64,000 bases of DNA from Nitrospirota bacterium. Its GTDB lineage: Bacteria; Nitrospirota; UBA9217. The notes under the pieces were generated by a model. That model was not told the DNA's origin and made no database searches. It saw only the letters and a list, made by a program, of their open reading frames with translations. Of the stretch, positions 10,727-19,932 are shown piece after piece (position 1 is the stretch's first letter; each line of letters starts with the position of its first letter). Location of the stretch: contig CAVWHO010000011.1 in NCBI GenBank assembly GCA_963754875.1, forward strand, positions 1 through 64,000. The letters are read 5' to 3'. The translations under genes were made by a program, and so were the position numbers.

Positions 10727-11161
10727 TTACTGCATCTTCCAGCTCTCGATGTCGGCGTTGTTGCCATCGCCGCCGGGCTCTCCGTCAGCGCCGTAAGAAG
10801 TGATCTCGTACTCCCTGTTCTCGTTTCCCGGCGCAACATAGACATAATCGTGGCCCCAGGGGTCCTTCGGTATCCTGGCTGGTTTGAGATAACCGCCGTC
10901 CCGCCACTTGTCAGGGATGCGTCCTGTCTGGGGCTTGTTGATCAGCGCATCGAGTCCCTGGTCCGTGGTGGGGTAGAAGCCGTTGTCGAGCTTGTATGCG
11001 TCCAAGGCGCCCTCAAGTGACCGGATCTGGGTCTTGGTGATCTCGATTTTTGCCTTCTCTTCCTGCCCCAGAAATTTGGGAAGCACCAGTCCCGCGAGCA
11101 GTCCGAGGATGATGATGACCACCATGATTTCGATCAGGGTGAAGCCTTTCTGATTTTTCAT
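10727..11161 (-). CDS. gspG: Major pseudopilin G
   Basis: GFTLIEIMVV, YKLDNGFYPTTDQGL, DPWG, SYGADG. Confidence 0.96.
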   Translation of the reverse strand: MKNQKGFTLIEIMVVIIILGLLAGLVLPKFLGQEEKAKIEITKTQIRSLEGALDAYKLDNGFYPTTDQGLDALINKPQTGRIPDKWRDGGYLKPARIPKDPWGHDYVYVAPGNENREYEITSYGADGEPGGDGNNADIESWKMQ

Positions 11162-11183
11162 ACGAACCTCCTCATAAAAATTG

Positions 11184-11272
11184 AACCCTCAGATGAACGC
11201 AGATTAACACAGGTATCAAATTCAGGAAATCTTCAAGTCTTTAACAGTGTCCATCTGTGTTTATCTGTGGTC
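11184..11272. repeat. Empty (ORF-less) relative of the GxxExxY inverted-repeat cassette
   Basis: AACCCTCAGATGAACGCAGATTAACACAG ... ACAGTGTCCATCTGTGTTTATCTGTGGT, the same 10-bp subunits as 6347-6791, in the gspF-gspG gap. Confidence 0.75.
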
Positions 11273-11286
11273 AAATGTCCTATGCT

Positions 11287-12507
11287 TTACTGCACTCCGG
11301 AACTCATCTGGAGCATGGGCAGCATGATTGCGATGACGACGAACCCGATGATCAGCCCCATGACGAGGATGATGACCGGCTCCAGGAGCGCCATGAGCCC
11401 GGTTAGGCGCGTTTCAACGGTGCGGTCGAAGGAATCGGAAATCTTGAGCAGCATTTTTTCGAGCTCACCGCTCTTCTCGCCCACGGCGACCATCTGGACG
11501 ACGACGGGCGGGAAGAGGCCGCTCCTCTTGAGCGGATCGGCGATCGGTTCGCCTTCCCGCACGTTCTCCCGGGCCTGCGAAATGGCGTTCGCGAGGACCG
11601 TGTTGCCGACGACGCTCTTCACGATGTCGAGCGCCGCGAGCGTCGGCACTCCGCTTTGGAGCAGGGTCCCGAGCGTGCGCGTGAACCGCGATACGGCGAT
11701 CATCCGGATCAGCGAGCCGAAAACCGGCGCCTTGAGCAGCCGCGCGTCGAAGTTCTCCTTGCCCGACTGGGTGTTGAGATACCGCCTGGCGTAGTAGACC
11801 GCTCCGGCGATGGCAATCAGGATCGCCCACCAGAACGACGACAGGAACCGCACGGTGCCGAGCAGGATCACCGTGATCAGCGGAAGCTGCTGCTTCATGT
11901 CCTCGAACATGCCCACGATGCGGGGCATGACGAAGCTGAAAATAAAGAACAGCATGCTGATGCCGATGACTGTCATGAACGCCGGGTAGGCAAGGGCTGC
12001 AGAAATCCTGCCGCGGAAACGGACCTGTTCGTCCAGAAAATCCGCAAGCCGGTCCAGGGTTATTTCAAGGGTGCCGCTCGCCTCTCCGGCGGAGACCATG
12101 TTCATATACAGCTGCGAAAAGACCTTGGGGTTTTCCTTGAGCGCATCGGCGAGCGAAGCGCCTTCGCGCACCGAATCACGCACCGCGGACAGGGCGGATT
12201 TCAGCGCCGCATTTTCCTCCTGGTCCACCAGCACCGACAAGCTGTCCATCAGCGGAAGGCCGGAGGACAGGAGCGTGGCCAGCTGGCGGGTGGCATTCGC
12301 GAGATCGGTGAGCTTCACGCGCGTGCCGAAGGTGATCGCGGTCGTTCCCCGGCGGGCGGCGCGGGCGGAGGCGCCCTCGCGGATCTCCAGGACGATGACG
12401 CCCTCTTTCTTGAGCTTCGTCTTAATGGCCTTCAGGCTTTCGCCGTCCTGAACGCCGGAAACCTTTTTTCCTGCAGCCGTAACGCCTTTATATTCGAATA
12501 CGGGCAT
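11287..12507 (-). CDS. gspF: Type II secretion inner-membrane protein F
   Basis: TRQLATLLSSGLPL, AGEASGTL, VGEKSGELE, LLEP motifs. Confidence 0.96.
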   Translation of the reverse strand: MPVFEYKGVTAAGKKVSGVQDGESLKAIKTKLKKEGVIVLEIREGASARAARRGTTAITFGTRVKLTDLANATRQLATLLSSGLPLMDSLSVLVDQEENAALKSALSAVRDSVREGASLADALKENPKVFSQLYMNMVSAGEASGTLEITLDRLADFLDEQVRFRGRISAALAYPAFMTVIGISMLFFIFSFVMPRIVGMFEDMKQQLPLITVILLGTVRFLSSFWWAILIAIAGAVYYARRYLNTQSGKENFDARLLKAPVFGSLIRMIAVSRFTRTLGTLLQSGVPTLAALDIVKSVVGNTVLANAISQARENVREGEPIADPLKRSGLFPPVVVQMVAVGEKSGELEKMLLKISDSFDRTVETRLTGLMALLEPVIILVMGLIIGFVVIAIMLPMLQMSSGVQ

Positions 12508-12518
12508 GATTCCTAATC

Positions 12519-12609
12519 CAGTTCACAGTTCAGAGTGCAGAGTTCAAGGTGAAAACCTTGGGGTTCGCTGTTCTTACGACTCTGAACAATGAACTTTGAA
12601 CTGTGAACT
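12519..12609. repeat. Inverted heptamer tandem arrays
   Basis: CAGTTCA CAGTTCA GAGTGCA GAGTTCA (12519-12546) facing TGAACAA TGAACTT TGAACTG TGAACT (12583-12609) in the gspE-gspF gap. Confidence 0.8.
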
Positions 12610-12613
12610 AAGT

Positions 12614-14300
12614 TTACGCCTCTCTCTGCGTCACTCTTACCACTTCATCAACGGAGGTGACTCCTTCGAGCACCTTGGCTGCGCCGTCCTGCCGGAGCGT
12701 ACGCATGCCTCTCTCCGTGGCCAGGGCCTTGATCATGGATGCGTCGGAATTCTTCATGATCATCTGGCGCATCTCATCATCCACGGTCATGAGCTCGTAG
12801 ATGGCGCTCCTGCCGAAGTAACCGGTTTGGAAACAGGCTTCACAGCCTTTTGCCCGGTACACCGTAGCGCCCTCCGCGCCGGCCTTGATCTCAAGCTCTG
12901 CGATCTCGGACGGCGTCATCTGGTAGGGCTCCCGGCACTCTTTGCAGAGTACGCGCACCAGCCGCTGGGCGAGGATCGCTATGACCGATGAGGAGATGAG
13001 GAACGGTTCGATCTTCATATCGATGAGTCTCGTCACTGCTCCGGCCGAATCGTTCGTGTGGAGCGTCGAGAACACAAGGTGTCCCGTGAGCGCCGCCTGG
13101 ATTGCGATCTCGGCGGTCTCCGAGTCCCGGATCTCGCCCACGAGGATCACGTCCGGGTCCTGGCGGAGAACGGAGCGGAGCCCTGCTGCGAAAGTCAGCT
13201 GGATCTTGGCGTTCACCTGGATCTGGCCGATGCCTTTGAGCTGGTATTCGATGGGGTCTTCGATCGTGATGATGTTCTTGTCCGGGGAATTGATCTTCGA
13301 GAGCGAGGCGTAGAGCGTCGTGGTCTTGCCGCTGCCGGTAGGGCCCGTCACCAGGATGATCCCGTGGGGCCGCTCGATCATTGCGTTGAAGCGCGTCAGC
13401 GTGTCGCCCGAAAAACCGATCTGGTCGAGCGGCAAGAGGGCGCTTTCCCGATAGAGGAGACGCAGCACGATGCGTTCGCCGAAGGCCGTAGGAACGATGG
13501 ACACGCGGATGTCCACATCCTTCCCGCCGATCTTGATGCGCATGCCGCCGTCCTGCGGCAACCGCTTTTCGGCGATGTTGAGGCCGGACATGATCTTGAC
13601 GCGCGACGCGATGCTTGCCTGGAATCGTTTCTGGATCGTCAGGATGTTGTAGAGGATGCCGTCTATGCGGAACCGCGCGATCATCTCTTTCTCGAAGGGT
13701 TCGATATGGATGTCGCTTGCGCGTTCGCGGATGGCCTGGGACAGGAGCGAGTTCACGAGGCGGATGATCGGGGCGTCGTCGGTGACTTCCAGCAGATCTG
13801 TGGGCTCGTCGAGTTCGGCCGCGAGGAACGACAGGTCTTCCTCCTCCATCTCCTGCACGGTATCCTCGGCCTTGTTCATGTCCTCGCTGTGGAGCCGGTT
13901 CAAGGTATCGAGGATCTTCTCAGAAGGCGCAAGACAGAGCGATATGTCGTCGCCGAGCAGCGCGGAAAGATCATCCAGAGCGGATAGGTTCAGCGGTTCG
14001 GACGTGGCTGCGAGAACCGCGCCGTTATCGCGCCGAAGCGGCAGGACCAGGGCTTTTTTGGCGTACGTAATGGGCAGTTTGAGCGCGATTTCCCTGTCGA
14101 TGTCGCCGAGTTCGGATTGGTACGGCAGGCCGAGCTGCTGACCGAGCGCCTTCAGCACGTCTTCTTCGGTCACGAAGTTGAGGCGGATCAGACAGCGAGC
14201 CGATCCGGCCCCCCCGTTTTTTCTGGAGGTCGAGCACCTTCTTGAGCCGCTCCGGTGAAAGTCCGGACTCAACGAGTATCTCACCGAGCAAGCGACTCAC
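12614..14300 (-). CDS. gspE: Type II secretion ATPase E (apparent frameshift near 14196)
   Basis: ASDIHIEP, GPTGSGKTT, LRQDPD, GHLVFSTLHTN, CxxC pairs; N-terminal RLLGEILVESG in another frame with GTG start at 14300. Confidence 0.95.
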
Positions 14301-16517
14301 CGCGCTCCCTTCGCGGGGGGCCGCCGGTTGCACGGGAGAAGCATCGCCGGCCTTATTATCCGGTGTCGCTTGGGGAGGAGCAGTCGGCACTTCGTTCGAT
14401 TTCAGTTCTGAAACAGGCTTTCCGACAGCGCCAGCAGGGACGCCGTTCCCGGGAGCGCTCGTCACCGGCATTCGACTTCAGTTCCGGCGTGGGCGTTTCG
14501 GAGGACTTTCCCGGGGCTGCAGCAGGTGTGGTTGTCACCGCATTCGACTTCAATTCTGGAACAGGCTTTCCGACAGCGCCAGCAGGGACGCCGTTCCCGG
14601 GAGCGCTCGTCACCGGCATCGACTTCAGTTCCGACGTGGGCGTCTCTGATGACTTTCCCGGGGCTGAAGCAGGTGCAGTTGTCACCACATTCGACTTCAG
14701 CTCGGCTTCGGGCTTTGCAACTGCTTTGGTCGTCGCGGTTGCCGAAGGTCGTTCTGCAACTCCACTCGTGCCGGTGTGATACTGGGCTCGGAAAATTTTT
14801 TCTCCATACGGTATTCTTTACGGAACTCTTCGAGGGACTCATTCTTCCGTCTCGTCAGTTCGCCTGCCTCGTTCTCATCCTTGATGATATAAGGCGTTAT
14901 GAAAATCATGAGATTGGTTTTTTCAATACTGGTTGTTTTTGATTTAAAGAGCCAGCCGAGAATGGGAATATCTCCCAGGAACGGCACCTTTGACGTCGAT
15001 GAGGTGAGGTTATCGCGGATAAGGCCGCCGATGACCATGGTCTGGCGGTCCTTTACCACGATGGTGGTGCTTGCCGAACGTTTGCTCGTCGTCGGGCCCG
15101 CTGGATTATTTGTGGAAGACGCAATGACGTCGGAAATCTCCTGGTTTACTTCGAGTCGCACAGTATCGTCTGAAGAAATTTGCGGTGTTAGCGTCAACTT
15201 AATGCCAACGTCCTGCCGATTGACCGTATTAAACAGTGCCCCGGTGCCTGTTGTTGCATTCTGTGTCTGACCTGTAATAAAAGGCACGTTCTCACCCACC
15301 ATGATCTCGGCCTTCTGGTTGTCCATGGTCATGATGTTCGGTGTTGAAAGCACGTTCACGTCGCCGTCAGTCTGGAGCGCATGAATGAGCGCGCCGACAT
15401 TCAGGAAGGTCTGATTGTTATAGGTGAAGGTCCCCTTGATCACGCCCACGGCAAGTCCGCTCATATTGCTCAGGGCCGCCGGACCGCTGGCGACTAAGGG
15501 GACGATGTTGCCGAAGTTCGTACCGCCGAAGGCCGTTGCCGGCGATCCCGGACCAATATCCCCAGGCGCGGTCAGGAACTCCAACCCGATGTCGCGCATC
15601 TTTGACAGACTCATCTCGATGATCGCCGCCTCTACGTATACCTGACGGCGCTTGATGTCGAGCTTTTGGATCACGTCCTTCACGACTTCGAAATCAGCCG
15701 GCGCAGCGACGATGATCAGCGAATTCGTGGACTTGTCCGCGCTGATGTTGACCGGTCCTTCCAGGATCGTGGCAGGCCCGGCCGGTTGCATTCCTCCTGC
15801 CGGCGGCACGGGCAGGCGCGACACGAGCGCCTGCAGCTGCTTGGCCATATCTTCCGAGTTCGCGTTCTTCAGGTAATAAACGTTGATCTTCCCTTTGCCT
15901 TCCGGCGCAGCGACATCCATGATGTGGATGAGGTTTTCAAGTTTTCTGAGGTTGGAAACGGCATCGGTGATGATGACGGAATTCGTAACCGGATAGGCGA
16001 TAATGGTGCCGTCTCTGCTGACAAGGGGCGTTATCGTGCGGACGATCTCTTGGGGGTTCACAAAGGTCAACCGGATAAGCTTGGTCACGTAGCCTTCCCC
16101 TTCAGTGCTGCCGTCCTGGAGTACCTTGAGCCCGCTCTGGCGGGCCGACGCTGCGGGGATGATCCTGGTGACCTGGCCGTCTTCGATTGCGGTAAAACCC
16201 TTGATTTCGAGGGCCGAAAGAAAGACCTGGTACGCTTCTTCCGGCGATATTTTGTTCGGCGTCATGATCGTTACCTTGCCGGTCACGCGCTCATCGAGGA
16301 GAAAGTTTCTGCGCGTCAGCTCGCTCATGACCTTCACGAGGGCGCCGATGTCGATGTTCGTAAAGTTCAGCGTAACGTAATCGTCGCCGGCTTTGAATTT
16401 CTTGATGTCAATCTGGCTGGTAGGGAGAGCAGAGGAAGTCGGCGCCGTTACTTGCGCGAATACTACCGGTGCATTCACAAGCCCAATCACAAGCAGCAGG
16501 GCCGCTATTTTTTTCAC
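14297..16517 (-). CDS. gspD: Type II secretion secretin D with repetitive C-terminal tail (apparent indels in the tail)
   Basis: N0/N1/N3 domains, QVYVEAAIIE, VGENVPF, DVGIKLTLTPQI, VPFLGDIPILGWLF; GTG start at 16517 with GGAGG RBS. Confidence 0.92.
14395..14700. repeat. Coding tandem repeat, alternating ~75-bp and 72-bp units (A-B-A-B)
   Basis: Units begin TTCGA(C/T)TTCA; they encode ELKS-x-x-VT...APG repeats in the GspD tail. Confidence 0.85.
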
Positions 16518-16547
16518 TCTTGTCCTCCCGCAGATCGCTTTTTGGGT

Positions 16548-16626
16548 AAATATCGAAATCCAAATCACAAATCGAGCCCTTGTCCGTCCTCTCAGCAATT
16601 GCCCGATTTGTGTTATAGGGATTTAG
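16548..16626. repeat. Degenerate inverted heptamer-type arrays
   Basis: AAATATCGAAATCCAAATCACAAATCG ... CGATTTGTGTTATAGGGATTTAG (core CACAAATCG/CGATTTGTG) in the gspC-gspD gap. Confidence 0.6.
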
Positions 16627-16664
16627 GTCGAAGCTGGACGTTGGTTGTTGAACCGTAGATCAGC

Positions 16665-17495
16665 TCACCGTATATCGTAGGTCAGTGTCTGGTGCTGGCC
16701 GCCCCGGAGCAGATCGATGGAAATGCTTCGTTCGTTCTTGAGCCCCTGATAGAGTTGGAAGAACTTGCCCGGATCGTCAACATCCTGCGAATTGACCTTC
16801 TGGATGACGTCCCCATTCTGGAGCCCGATCTTCTCGTATATGCTGCCCGGGACGATCTCGCTAATCTTGAACCCTACGGTTTTCCCCTGTTCCACGTAGG
16901 GCAAGGCGCGTGCCTGGGTCAGGATCTGGCTCATATTTTCGGTGCTCGCGAGGACTTCCCGCTGGTCAACGGCGAACTTCCCATCCGCTAGTTTCCTGAC
17001 TCCCGGGCCGCCGCCCGTTCCGGGCTTCTGCATCGTGACGATCTTGGTGTCGTCGACGACTTCAACATCAACGAGCACACCGTCGGACCGGCGGATGGAG
17101 ACCTTTTCGTGCATGACCTTCACGATGGCCGATCCGTCGGGCAGTTTCTGGTTGATTCGGTAGAAAGCCTGGCCGGTGCTGTCCTCAAGCACGGCCCCGG
17201 AAAACTGCGCGCCTTCTACCGTTCCGATAAGTTTGTACGACACCGATGCGGCAGCAGCAGGACTGCTCGATGGGCCTTTGCCTTCGCCGAAGAGCCCGCG
17301 ATCCAGAATGGACGAGTAATCGCTCAATTCCCGTCTCGGCTGCAGGGCGGTTCGGTCGCGTTCCATGGGTGTCGTGAATGTCGGAGCCGCTTCAAGGCTC
17401 CGTCCGATCATGGCGTCCAGGGTATCGGCAAGAAAATATGCCGAAACCGTGAGGAGCATTACGAGAACCAGGGTATACAGTTTTTTTTCTTTCAT
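16665..17495 (-). CDS. gspC: Type II secretion protein C (PDZ type)
   Basis: N-terminal TM, KLIGTV HR domain, PDZ motif IGLQNGDVIQKVN. Confidence 0.9.
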   Translation of the reverse strand: MKEKKLYTLVLVMLLTVSAYFLADTLDAMIGRSLEAAPTFTTPMERDRTALQPRRELSDYSSILDRGLFGEGKGPSSSPAAAASVSYKLIGTVEGAQFSGAVLEDSTGQAFYRINQKLPDGSAIVKVMHEKVSIRRSDGVLVDVEVVDDTKIVTMQKPGTGGGPGVRKLADGKFAVDQREVLASTENMSQILTQARALPYVEQGKTVGFKISEIVPGSIYEKIGLQNGDVIQKVNSQDVDDPGKFFQLYQGLKNERSISIDLLRGGQHQTLTYDIR

Positions 17496-17662
17496 GACTT
17501 AAGTAGTATGCTGCTCTTCCCTTATTAAATCCACCGCAAATTATACTCTTTTACCATTGCTCTTGTCAATTATTAACAATTTGATAAGAGGATGATTTCG
17601 GCTCGTTTGTCCGATATCCGGTCGGTCAAGATACATGAGACTGTAACAGCCGGCTGTCGGCT

Positions 17663-18346
17663 TTAATCCTTAAAAAAAAGAGCGTAAAATTTTTCCGCCC
17701 GCTCACGATAGGCTCGGTAGATTTTCCCCGAATCCGCGGCAATTGTCGGGAAATCAATCCCCCGCTCGGCAACGAGCCAGTCATGGACGATGAGCGGTGT
17801 GACTTCGATATGAAACTGGAGCCCGTAGACGCGGTCATTGTAGCGGAACGCCTGGTTCGGGAAAAGTTCGGACGATGCAAGCCGCACGGATCCCTTGGGC
17901 AGATCAAAGGTATCCCCGTGCCACTGGAAGACCGGGGCGTCGTTTTTGCCGGGTAGTGCCAGCATCGACATGCGGGGATCTTGCATGCCGTCAGGCGTAA
18001 GCGCCACTTCATACCACCCGATCTCCTTTTTGTGCCCGGGGTAGACCCGCGCGCCGAGCACGTGGGCCAGCATCTGCGCACCGAGGCAGACACCGAGGAC
18101 ATGCTTGTTCGCCTGGATCGCCGCGTTCATGAGCAATGCTTCGTTGACCAGGTAGGGGTACCGGTGCATCTCGTAGACGGCCATCGGGCCGCCCATGATG
18201 ACGAGATGGGTAACGGCATCCAGCGGGGGCACGGCATCGCCAATGCTCAGGTCAATGACGGAAAAGGATGCTGACTTGGCCCGCAAATGGTCTTCGATGG
18301 TGCCCGGGCCTTCGCTGAAGACATTTTTTATGATGAGAACGTTCAT
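17663..18346 (-). CDS. Class I glutamine amidotransferase
   Basis: MGGPM, GVCLGAQ, QWHGDTF, GLQFHIE. Confidence 0.9.
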   Translation of the reverse strand: MNVLIIKNVFSEGPGTIEDHLRAKSASFSVIDLSIGDAVPPLDAVTHLVIMGGPMAVYEMHRYPYLVNEALLMNAAIQANKHVLGVCLGAQMLAHVLGARVYPGHKKEIGWYEVALTPDGMQDPRMSMLALPGKNDAPVFQWHGDTFDLPKGSVRLASSELFPNQAFRYNDRVYGLQFHIEVTPLIVHDWLVAERGIDFPTIAADSGKIYRAYRERAEKFYALFFKD

Positions 18347-18422
18347 TTGATCCTCTTTTCGCCAGGGTCACAGTGACGATTTTGTTAACTTCTGCGATTT
18401 CCGAAACCTCAGTGGCAAATCT

Positions 18423-18593
18423 TTACTTTTGATTCTTCGCAAAAAAAACGAAGGCCATCGTCGGCCGTTTGGATGAGACCTGTGTGACGAACTGGATGCT
18501 CTCGAAGGCATATCCCTTCGCAGTCCACTCGTTCAGGATCCGTTCGATCTCTTCGTCCGTCACCACGCTCGTTTCAATGATCTTGTAAACCAT
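18423..18593 (-). CDS. Small conserved protein, DUF4177-like (56 aa, below the ORF-track cutoff)
   Basis: Manual translation: MVYKIIETSVVTDEEIERILNEWTAKGYAFESIQFVTQVSSKRPTMAFVFFAKNQK. Confidence 0.7.
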   Translation of the reverse strand: MVYKIIETSVVTDEEIERILNEWTAKGYAFESIQFVTQVSSKRPTMAFVFFAKNQK

Positions 18594-18690
18594 GGCCCAT
18601 TATAAATGAGGAGGATACTTTTTTCAATGGCTAAGAGGGAGGCGCCAGATTCCTGTTGCTATTCCTGATTATCGGCAATATAATCCGCTC

Positions 18691-19878
18691 ATGCCGACAC
18701 GCAAAAAAGGCGCGCAAACCGGCCTTGATCTCATTGACAAGCACTGGCCCCGGGAGCTTAAGGGCGCCCGAATCGGTCTCGCGGTGCATCCCGCATCGAT
18801 CAACAGGAAACTCGAACACGCAGTCCCGGTCTGCGGGAAATCGAAAAAATTCGAGATTACGGCTCTCTTCGGTCCCCAGCACGGTATTTTCGGCCAGACC
18901 CAGGACAACATGGTTGAGTGGGAGGGTTTCCATGACCCGGCCACAGGCCTGCCGGTTTACAGCCTCTATGGCGCGACCCGTAAACCCAGGATCGAGATGC
19001 TTGAGGATATCGACATACTGGTGGTTGATTTGCAGGATGTGGGGAGCCGTTATTATACGTTCATCTGGACATTGGAACTTTGCATGGAGGCTTGCAGGGA
19101 AGCGGGCAAATCCGTCGTCGTGCTCGACCGGCCAAACCCGATCAATGGGCAGTCTGTTGAAGGCCCGGTGCTCAGACCTGATTTCGCGTCCTTTGTGGGA
19201 TTGAGGCCGGTTCCCGTGCGCCACGGCATGACCATCGGCGAAGTCGGCGCATACTTACAGGAGAGCTTTCATCCCGGTCTGGACTATCGCATCATCCCTA
19301 TGCAGGGGTGGAAGAGGAAAATGTGGTTTGATCACACAGGCCTGCCCTGGGTCATGCCGTCGCCCAACATGCCCACGCTCGATACCGCGCTCGTCTACCC
19401 TGGGATGTGCCTACTCGAGGCCACCAACATATCCGAGGGCCGCGGCACGACGAGGCCTTTTGAGATCTTTGGCGCACCCTTCATGCATCCGGAGACGATC
19501 GTACGCGTTCTCAAGGAATTCAAATTGCCCGGTGTTGTTTTCAGGCCCCTTTCGTTCCAGCCCACGTTTCAGAAGCACGCCGGCCTTCTCTGCGGCGGCG
19601 CGCAGATCCATATAATAGACCGGCAGAAGTTCAAGCCTTTTAAGACCGGCGTTGCGATCCTCAAAGCGATCCACAATACCTATCCCCGCGACTTCAGGTG
19701 GAAGGAGCCGCCCTACGAATATGAGGAGGTCAACCTGCCGATCGACATCCTGGCCGGCAGCGACCGGTTGCGGAAGGACATCGAGTCATGGAAGGACCTC
19801 GGCGAAATGGAGACGTGGTGGAAGGAAGAAGCCCGGGCGTTTGAAAAAATAAGAAAGGCCTTCTTCCTGTATTCTTAG
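18691..19878 (+). CDS. namZ: Exo-beta-N-acetylmuramidase NamZ family (DUF1343)
   Basis: LFGPQHG, VYSLYG, DLQDVGSRYYTF, LDRPNP, PSPNMP, SEGRGT. Confidence 0.88.
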   Translation: MPTRKKGAQTGLDLIDKHWPRELKGARIGLAVHPASINRKLEHAVPVCGKSKKFEITALFGPQHGIFGQTQDNMVEWEGFHDPATGLPVYSLYGATRKPRIEMLEDIDILVVDLQDVGSRYYTFIWTLELCMEACREAGKSVVVLDRPNPINGQSVEGPVLRPDFASFVGLRPVPVRHGMTIGEVGAYLQESFHPGLDYRIIPMQGWKRKMWFDHTGLPWVMPSPNMPTLDTALVYPGMCLLEATNISEGRGTTRPFEIFGAPFMHPETIVRVLKEFKLPGVVFRPLSFQPTFQKHAGLLCGGAQIHIIDRQKFKPFKTGVAILKAIHNTYPRDFRWKEPPYEYEEVNLPIDILAGSDRLRKDIESWKDLGEMETWWKEEARAFEKIRKAFFLYS

Positions 19879-19932
19879 TTAAAATAAGTCATCAGCCCGT
19901 TATGCTGATATCCTCTGCGGTAAAATACATAT

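Noticed and set aside
14025..14471. Apparent in-frame GspD-tail/GspE fusion ORF
   Set aside because: Removing one G from the G6 run at 14315-14320 gives ...PAAPAKGAR* with a standard GTGA stop/start overlap and an RBS for gspE; an outer-membrane secretin fused to a cytoplasmic ATPase is implausible
14395..14700. Possible CRISPR array (recurring TTCGACTTCAG motif about every 73 bp)
   Set aside because: The intervening sequences are themselves duplicated (A-B-A-B), encode the GspD tail, and no cas genes are present
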